A DNA stretch of 64,000 nucleotides from Deltaproteobacteria bacterium (GTDB lineage: Bacteria > Desulfobacterota > Desulfobacteria > Desulfobacterales > Desulfosalsimonadaceae). How positions within the stretch are numbered: the first letter of the stretch is position 1; each line of letters starts with the position of its first letter. The notes beneath the pieces are model-generated. The model was not told the DNA's origin, did no database searches, and worked only from the letters and a program-made list of their open reading frames with translations. Both the position numbers and the translations under genes were made by a program. Positions 7,764 through 14,186 of this stretch are shown here, one piece after another. The stretch covers positions 11,447 through 75,446 of the forward strand of contig JAADHK010000044.1 in assembly GCA_013151835.1 (NCBI GenBank), written 5' to 3'.

Positions 7764-9402
7764 AGCCGTTCAAAAACCGGCCCATACACAGGCCCGGAAG
7801 CAAGTATGGGTAAGCCGGTTTTTTTCAAACCCGGTTTCGAAAAAGCGTTTCCTGCGCTTTTACGCCATGAAACGCGCCTGGTTTTCCCTTATAATCCTTG
7901 TCCTGCTTTACGGCATCAGCCTGTGTTCGGAGCTGATCGCAAACACCGCCCCGCTTTATGTCCAATACCAGGGCCGTTCCTGTTTTCCGGTATTTATGTA
8001 TTATACGGAAGACGAATTTCTGCATAACGGCCGCATGACCCGACCCGATTACAAGGCAATAAACCGTTTGCCGGCATTTATGGACAATCCCGGCAATTTC
8101 ATGATTTTTCCTCCCTTTCCCTTTGGCCCCTATGAGAGCGTGGATGCCGATACAATGGACATGCCGGATACGGTTACCCTTGTGTTTAATCCCGTGCCGC
8201 GCGTTTGCTCCGTGGATATAAGGCCGGATTTTACCATGGCGCGTTTTTCCGGGGCGTTTTTCCCCGCAAAGCCTCCTGATCCTTCAGGTCAGAAGCTCGA
8301 CCGGTTTATCCGGCTTTCCGGTTCGTTTAAATCAGCCGTTGCCGGCCGGTTTGAAAACCGGGCTTCGCCCCGATTTTCCGTTGTGGTGCCGGGTCCGGGA
8401 AAAAACAGGATCGCCGTGGATATTCCTGCCTTTCGGCCGCGCCGGCGGGCGCCGGCGACCGTACGTCTGATATTGCGCGAAACTACGGCTCCACAAAACC
8501 CGGTATCCACTGTATCCATGGTGTTCGGACGAGACCTCGCGCCCGGGAAGAAGACACCCGCGCTCTGGAAGGAGCTTTCGCCGGGCGACAAAACAATCAT
8601 TTCCGAACTTGTTTCAAGCCGGTTTGAAAAATCGGTTGATGATTATCCGGCTGTTATCTCGGGGGTTCAATACAGGTTGTCCTTTAAAAGAGCGGATATC
8701 AGCTTCCCGTTTCACCCGGTTTCAGATCATTTGTTCGGTCTTGATGCAGCGGGAAGGGATGTATTTGCCCGGATACTCTACGGTCTTAGAATCTCCATGA
8801 GTTTCGGATTTCTTTTGGTATTTGCCTCCATGGGTCTTGGGGCTGCGGCCGGGGCAATTCAGGGATATTACGGGGGGCGGCTCGACATAACGGCCCAGAG
8901 GTTTACGGAAATATGGAGCGCAATTCCGTTTTTATATGTCATGATACTCATGGGATCCATTTACGGCAGGAGCTTTGCGCTTCTTCTGTTCTGCTACGGG
9001 CTTTTCAACTGGATCGGCATATCGTATTATATCAGGGCTGAATTCCTGAAGCTGCGCAAAAAGCCCTTTGTGGAAGCGGCAAAATGCATGGGCGTACCGG
9101 GACGCCGGATCATATTCAGGCATATCCTGCCCAATGCCCTGGTTCCGGTTATAACATTTTTTCCGTTTTCACTGGTAGGAGCCATCGGCTCGCTGGCGGC
9201 CCTTGATTACCTCGGGTTCGGGCTGCCTCCGCCGACCCCGAGCTGGGGGGAGCTTTTGTTTGAGGCCCAGCAATACCGCTGGGCATGGTGGCTGATTCTT
9301 TATCCCTCAATGGCCCTTTTTATCGTCATGCTTCTCGGCGTGTTTGTTGGTGAAGGGGTGAGGAATGCCTATGATCCAAGACAATATAGTCGCCTAAAAT
9401 AA
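7750..9402 (+). CDS. ABC transporter permease, YejE/OppC-like, with a large inserted periplasmic segment
   Basis: The N-terminus (NPVSKKRFLRFYAMKRAWFSLIILVLLYGISLCSELIAN) and the C-terminal permease core (GLDAAGRDVFARILYG...) are YejE-like. TTG start at 7750 with GAGGA upstream, overlapping the previous gene by 14 nt. An alternative ATG is at 7867. Confidence 0.8.
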   Translation: MRNRKAVQKPAHTQARKQVWVSRFFSNPVSKKRFLRFYAMKRAWFSLIILVLLYGISLCSELIANTAPLYVQYQGRSCFPVFMYYTEDEFLHNGRMTRPDYKAINRLPAFMDNPGNFMIFPPFPFGPYESVDADTMDMPDTVTLVFNPVPRVCSVDIRPDFTMARFSGAFFPAKPPDPSGQKLDRFIRLSGSFKSAVAGRFENRASPRFSVVVPGPGKNRIAVDIPAFRPRRRAPATVRLILRETTAPQNPVSTVSMVFGRDLAPGKKTPALWKELSPGDKTIISELVSSRFEKSVDDYPAVISGVQYRLSFKRADISFPFHPVSDHLFGLDAAGRDVFARILYGLRISMSFGFLLVFASMGLGAAAGAIQGYYGGRLDITAQRFTEIWSAIPFLYVMILMGSIYGRSFALLLFCYGLFNWIGISYYIRAEFLKLRKKPFVEAAKCMGVPGRRIIFRHILPNALVPVITFFPFSLVGAIGSLAALDYLGFGLPPPTPSWGELLFEAQQYRWAWWLILYPSMALFIVMLLGVFVGEGVRNAYDPRQYSRLK

Positions 9403-9411
9403 AGGTGTTGA

Positions 9412-10416
9412 ATGCCATTATTAAATGTTGAAAATCTGACTGTTCGGTTTGACACCGATGACGGACCGCTTACTGCGGTCGACGGGGTTACTTTTTGCCT
9501 GAACGCCGGCGAAAGCGTGGGCCTGGTGGGTGAGTCCGGGTGCGGAAAGTCGGTGACCGCCCTTGCGATTGCCCGGCTTATTCCCTGCCCGCCGGGGAGC
9601 ATCGAGAGCGGCCATGTTTATTTTAATGATCAGGACCTTTTGCGGACAGATATCCGGACGCTTAAGGATATTCGGGGAAACCAAATCAGCATGATCTTCC
9701 AGGAGCCGCTTTCGGCCCTTTCACCATTGTTGAGAATTGAAGACCAGATGATAGAGGCCGTTTTCTTTCACCGGGACATGTCGCGCGGCGATGCACGTCT
9801 GTTTGTCCTTGACTGGCTTTCGCGCGTGGGGATACCCGATCCCGAAGAAAGGCTTTCGGCCTATCCCTACCAGCTTTCCGGAGGCATGCAGCAGCGGGTC
9901 ATGATTGCCATGGCCCTGATGATGTCCCCGGACCTGGTAATTGCGGATGAACCGACGACCGCACTTGACGTTACCACCCAGGCCCAGATATTCGCCCTTC
10001 TTTCACGCATGGTAAAAAAACGGGCCGCGCTTTTATTAATTACCCACGACATGGGCGTGGTCTGGGAGACCTGCGACCGGGTGGTGGTCATGTATGCTTC
10101 CAGGGTTGTGGAAACAGGCGGGCTTAAAGATGTGTTTTTCCGGCCGGCCCATCCCTACACCCGGGGTCTTCTTGCGGCCATACCGAGCCTTTCACGCGGC
10201 AAGGCCAGGCTTTCCGAGATTCCCGGGCAGGTGCCTTCACCGCTTGCATATCCTGACGGCTGCCATTTTATGGACAGGTGCCGCTTTGCCTTTGATCGTT
10301 GCAAAAACGAAAAACCGGCGCTTTTCGAAGTCGGTGAAGAACACATGGCCGCCTGTTTTCTCGTGGACCAAAAAAGAGAAAAAAGCAGGGCGGTTCCACA
10401 GGGCAGGGGGGCGTAA
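9412..10416 (+). CDS. ABC transporter ATP-binding protein (Dpp/Opp D-type)
   Basis: Walker A GESGCGKS, signature LSGGMQQRV, Walker B LVIADEPT, and a C-terminal oligopeptide-type extension with Cys residues. Confidence 0.9.
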   Translation: MPLLNVENLTVRFDTDDGPLTAVDGVTFCLNAGESVGLVGESGCGKSVTALAIARLIPCPPGSIESGHVYFNDQDLLRTDIRTLKDIRGNQISMIFQEPLSALSPLLRIEDQMIEAVFFHRDMSRGDARLFVLDWLSRVGIPDPEERLSAYPYQLSGGMQQRVMIAMALMMSPDLVIADEPTTALDVTTQAQIFALLSRMVKKRAALLLITHDMGVVWETCDRVVVMYASRVVETGGLKDVFFRPAHPYTRGLLAAIPSLSRGKARLSEIPGQVPSPLAYPDGCHFMDRCRFAFDRCKNEKPALFEVGEEHMAACFLVDQKREKSRAVPQGRGA

Positions 10417-11408
10417 TGGAAAACACCTCAATTGCCCCCCTTTTAGATGTAAGGAATCTTGCGACCTGGTTTTACATGCCCAAAAACCTTTTCTCCCGGA
10501 AAAATGATCCCATACGTGCGGTTGACAGGGTAAGCTTTTTTATAAATCAAAAGGAGACCCTGGGCCTGGTGGGTGAGTCCGGGTGCGGGAAAACAACACT
10601 CGGCCGCACGATTCTCGGGCTTGAAACACCGGTTGACGGTGAGATAATTTTTTCGGGAAAAAAGATTGCGGGAGCGGGCACGGCATTGAAGGCAAAAGAC
10701 GAGAAAAACCTGCGAAAACGGATGCAGGTTGTCTTCCAGGACCCGCTTTCATCGTTGAATCCGCGCATGAACGTGATGGACATTGTTACCGAGGGGCTTT
10801 TGGAATTCAAGATGATCAAAAAAAAGGAAAGGGCCGATGCCGCAAGGCGGCTCATGGGGGTCGTGGGCCTTGATAAAGACGCCATCTACCGCTTTCCCCA
10901 CGAGTTTTCAGGAGGCCAGCGCCAGAGGATCAATGTCGCCCGTGCCATATCGCTTAATCCAAAACTTATCATATGCGACGAGGCGGTATCCGCACTCGAT
11001 GTATCGGTGCAGGCTCAGGTCATAAATCTCTTTTCCGATCTTCGTGAAAAATACGGGCTTTCATATCTTTTCATATCCCATGATTTAAGCGTGGTCAGCA
11101 ATATCGCCGACCGGATTGCGGTAATGTATCTCGGCCGGATCGTCGAGCAGGGCAGGTGCGAAGATGTTATTTTTTCGCCCATGCACCCTTATACAAGGGC
11201 GCTGATCGATGCGGTCCCTGTCGCGGGCAAGGAAAAACAGCAAAAAATGCCTTTGTCCGGGGATGTCCCGTCACCCTTAAGCCCGCCGCCCGGGTGCACA
11301 TTTCATCCCAGGTGCCCGAAAGCCATGGATGTATGCAGGAAAACGTTTCCTGATGTGGTTAGCTCGGGTGTTATTGGAGAACACCGGGTGGCGTGTCATC
11401 TGTATTGA
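10416..11408 (+). CDS. ABC transporter ATP-binding protein (Dpp/Opp F-type)
   Basis: Walker A GESGCGKT, signature FSGGQRQRI, Walker B LIICDEAVS. Its start overlaps the previous stop (TAATG). Confidence 0.9.
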   Translation: MENTSIAPLLDVRNLATWFYMPKNLFSRKNDPIRAVDRVSFFINQKETLGLVGESGCGKTTLGRTILGLETPVDGEIIFSGKKIAGAGTALKAKDEKNLRKRMQVVFQDPLSSLNPRMNVMDIVTEGLLEFKMIKKKERADAARRLMGVVGLDKDAIYRFPHEFSGGQRQRINVARAISLNPKLIICDEAVSALDVSVQAQVINLFSDLREKYGLSYLFISHDLSVVSNIADRIAVMYLGRIVEQGRCEDVIFSPMHPYTRALIDAVPVAGKEKQQKMPLSGDVPSPLSPPPGCTFHPRCPKAMDVCRKTFPDVVSSGVIGEHRVACHLY

Positions 11409-11412
11409 AATC

Positions 11413-11549
11413 GACGGACTCGTTAAAAGTCCATCTGCGGCGTTGCGCGAGCCGGGAAAGATCTCAACGTACAAAAAGTACGCCTTCGCTCTTTCCCGAC
11501 TCGTGCGCCTTGCATATGGAGCTTTTTACGAGCCCTCAGGCCCGAGTTT
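11413..11549 (-). mobile_element. MITE-like element, subfamily B, copy B1
   Basis: GACGGACTCGTTAAAAGTCCATCTGCGGCGTTGCGC...GCATATGGAGCTTTTTACGAGCCC. Its reverse complement is near-identical to 14037..14170. It has the same arm architecture as subfamily A and starts 5 nt after the ABC ATPase stop. The exact right boundary is uncertain and no clear TSD is seen. Confidence 0.7.
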
Positions 11550-11560
11550 TCTATTCATTA

Positions 11561-11590
11561 TTCGAAGTTGGACGTTCGATGTTCGACGTT
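11561..11590. repeat. short heptamer tract (GTTSGAY)n module
   Basis: TTCGAA GTTGGAC GTTCGAT GTTCGAC GTT. A two-heptamer version, TTCGAC GTTGGAT GTTCGAC GTT, recurs at 46572..46594. Confidence 0.5.
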
Positions 11591-12957
11591 TATTCTTTTC
11601 CCATTTTTTTCCCTGTGGCCGGAGCAATGGCTTTTATTTTTGCATTAATCCGGTTGAGTTGCGTTTTCACCCGGTCAAAATCCTCGGAAGAAAGCGCATA
11701 GGCCCTGGCATTGTCGATGTATTTTTTTGCGTTTTTCAGATCCGAAAGGTTGGTTGATCGGGCAAGTGCCCCGGCCTTTTTAATGTAATGCCAATAGATT
11801 ATGGCATATACTTCTGATTTGGTATATACATCCTTGATCTTTTCCGGGGCCTTGGCCAGGAGAAGAAATGCGATATCTTCCTTGCCCTTTGGCGTAAAAT
11901 CCCCCTTTGATATTTCTAATCCGGTCCTGGTGGGGACTATGTAATAATGGCGAATGTTTAGAAGACTTGCTATTACAATGAGTGATATGATTACAGCGGT
12001 GAAAGTGATTAATGCTTTTATGGGGCCGGGAATTGAACAAAGTCCGGAGGCTATGCATCCTCGTTGTGCCACTGGCTGCGGGATATTTGTTCCCATGACT
12101 TCCGCTTCCGGAACAGCCATGGTTTTCATCGCCTGTTCAGGTGCGGATTCAGGTTCCGGTTCCGGCTCGGTCCTTGTGTCCGGCGCAGTTTCGGGTTCTG
12201 TCGCAGGTTCCTTAATCGCTTCCGGTACAGACTCGGCCTCAGCCTGTGGCTCCGCCACTTCAGTCGCCGCCGTCTCCGGCTCGGGGAGGATATCTGCTTT
12301 TGTCTCTTCAACAACGGGAAATGGTTCAACCGGCGATTTAAAGTCGATCGTCTTTACCAGTAACGCCTTAAGCCCTTCGGCACGGTCTGGGTCGGCCTCT
12401 TCAATGGCAGGGGGCGCGGTGAAAAAGGCATTTTCATCCGGCCCGGTTCCGGGCGAGTCGGGCAGTTCGGGTGTCTCCGAATCAAATTTTTGCATCAATA
12501 GTGTCTTAATCGAAACCGCAGGCTTCTTTTTTGCGGCAGGCACAGTTTCTTTTTTTGCCTTTGCTTTCGCAGCAGGGGCCTTGGGAGATACTTTCTTCTT
12601 TACGACCGGCTTTTTGGGGGAGGGCGCTTTTTCAGCTTTTTTTTCTTCTACCGCTTCAAGGGTGGCGGGTTTAAGAAGAAGTCTTTTTAACCGTGCCGAA
12701 TCTTTTTTCTTTTTGGCAAAAACCGGAGGCGATGAAAAAACCTTTTCATGCTCAGTGTCCGGTTGCGGGACAAAAAGAGTTTTTGGAGCCCAGGCCTCAA
12801 ATTCGCGTTTCAGGATTTTTTTTATTGTTGGTTTACCCCCGCTTTTCTTTTTTAGAGTGGATTTTTTCGCGGCAGCCGCTATTTTTTTCCCGGCAGTCTT
12901 TTTTTTAGCCGCCCCTTTCTTTTTCGTACCTGTTTTTGCACTGCTTTTTTTTGCCAT
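11590..12957 (-). CDS. hypothetical bitopic membrane protein with a Lys/Ala-rich histone-H1-like N-terminus
   Basis: The N-terminal ~160 aa are KKK/AKK-rich, followed by an acidic Pro/Glu-rich linker (PEPETAATEVAEPQAEAE), one TM helix (IKALITFTAVIISLIVIASLLNI) and a ~135-aa helical C-terminal domain. I recognise no catalytic motif. Confidence 0.65.
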   Translation of the reverse strand: MAKKSSAKTGTKKKGAAKKKTAGKKIAAAAKKSTLKKKSGGKPTIKKILKREFEAWAPKTLFVPQPDTEHEKVFSSPPVFAKKKKDSARLKRLLLKPATLEAVEEKKAEKAPSPKKPVVKKKVSPKAPAAKAKAKKETVPAAKKKPAVSIKTLLMQKFDSETPELPDSPGTGPDENAFFTAPPAIEEADPDRAEGLKALLVKTIDFKSPVEPFPVVEETKADILPEPETAATEVAEPQAEAESVPEAIKEPATEPETAPDTRTEPEPEPESAPEQAMKTMAVPEAEVMGTNIPQPVAQRGCIASGLCSIPGPIKALITFTAVIISLIVIASLLNIRHYYIVPTRTGLEISKGDFTPKGKEDIAFLLLAKAPEKIKDVYTKSEVYAIIYWHYIKKAGALARSTNLSDLKNAKKYIDNARAYALSSEDFDRVKTQLNRINAKIKAIAPATGKKMGKE

Positions 12958-13118
12958 AACAATCCCTTTGTCCTTATTATAAAAATTATAAAAAGTTTGG
13001 CTTTTTACTCCATATCCTCTATTATAGTCCCTGACTGCGATATTCTATACATCAATGGCTCTTTTGTTGTAAATCTTTTTTTATCCGGGCGTTTTTGTAC
13101 ATGCCTTTTGGAGGACCG

Positions 13119-13991
13119 ATGGAAACCATATCAAAGAAAAATTCAGCTTCCCCTCCGCCCGGTGCCGCTACGGGCGGGAAAATGGTAAACCTGTTAAACT
13201 ATCTTAGCAGCCTTGACGGCCTTGCCGTTGCATTTTCCGGAGGCGTGGACAGCACGTTTTTGCTTGCCGCCGCAAAACAGGCTCTTTTGGATCGTGTTCT
13301 TGCAATAACCGTTTCATCGTCCCTGATCCCGGCAATTGAGATAAGGTGTGCAAAAGACGCGGCCGCAGATCTTGGCGTAAAGCATGTATGCATTGATCTC
13401 GGGGAAATCACCGATCCGGAGCTTCTGGCAAACCCATCGGATCGTTGTTATATCTGTAAAAATAACGTCTTTTCCGAGATTATCGGCGCAGCCCGTAAAC
13501 ACGGCATTTCAAATGTCGCGGACGGCACCAACACCGATGATCTAAAGGATTTCCGGCCCGGCATGAAGGCGATTGCCGAACTTAAGGTCATATCCCCGCT
13601 TGCCGAAACCGGCTGGAACAAGGCCGAAATCAGGGAACAATCCAGAATCATGGGTCTTGATACATGGAATAAACCGTCTTCTCCCTGCCTTGCAACCCGC
13701 ATCCCCTATGGTATGCCCATAACTACAGCCTCACTGTCTATGATAGAACAAGCGGAGGTCGTACTTGCCCAAAACGGCTTTGCCCAATGCAGGGTCCGCT
13801 ATTTCGGGCACACTGCCAAAATCGAGGTCCCGGAAAATGAAATTTCGCGCCTGGTGTCTTCCGAAATACGGGCACATATTATAGTCGAACTGAGAAAAAT
13901 CGGCTTTCTCTATGTAACTCTCGACCTGGAAGGGTACGGTTCCGGCCGATTAAACCGGGCCATTGCGGAAACCGGTTCGTTGGAAGTGTGA
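13119..13991 (+). CDS. larE: LarE-like PP-loop ATP-dependent sulfur transferase (TIGR00268-type)
   Basis: PP-loop AFSGGVDSTFLL and the LarE active-site context KPSSPCLATRIPYG. C-terminal FLYVTLDLEGYGSGRLN resembles LarE YVTLDLGGFRSGRMN. GGAGGA lies upstream of the ATG at 13119; the ORF opens at a TTG at 13095. Confidence 0.8.
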   Translation: METISKKNSASPPPGAATGGKMVNLLNYLSSLDGLAVAFSGGVDSTFLLAAAKQALLDRVLAITVSSSLIPAIEIRCAKDAAADLGVKHVCIDLGEITDPELLANPSDRCYICKNNVFSEIIGAARKHGISNVADGTNTDDLKDFRPGMKAIAELKVISPLAETGWNKAEIREQSRIMGLDTWNKPSSPCLATRIPYGMPITTASLSMIEQAEVVLAQNGFAQCRVRYFGHTAKIEVPENEISRLVSSEIRAHIIVELRKIGFLYVTLDLEGYGSGRLNRAIAETGSLEV

Positions 13992-14036
13992 TATTTTGTC
14001 GTTTTTCCGGCAAAGAGGTTATTTTTGTCCTAATTC

Positions 14037-14170
14037 AAACTCGGGCCAAGGGCTCGTAAAAAGCTCCATATGCAAGGCGTGCGAGCCGGGAAAGTGCGAG
14101 GCGTACTTTTTGTACGTTGAGCTCTTTCACGGCTTGCGCAACGCCGCAGATGGGCTTTTTACGAGTCCGT
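14037..14170 (+). mobile_element. MITE-like element, subfamily B, copy B2
   Basis: AAACTCGGGCCAAGGGCTCGTAAAAAGCTCCATATGCAAGGCG...CGCCGCAGATGGGCTTTTTACGAGTCCGT. It is inverted relative to B1 and ends 4 nt before the AAGGAG RBS of the glycyl-radical enzyme gene. Confidence 0.7.
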
Positions 14171-14186
14171 TAATAAGGAGAAGAAG

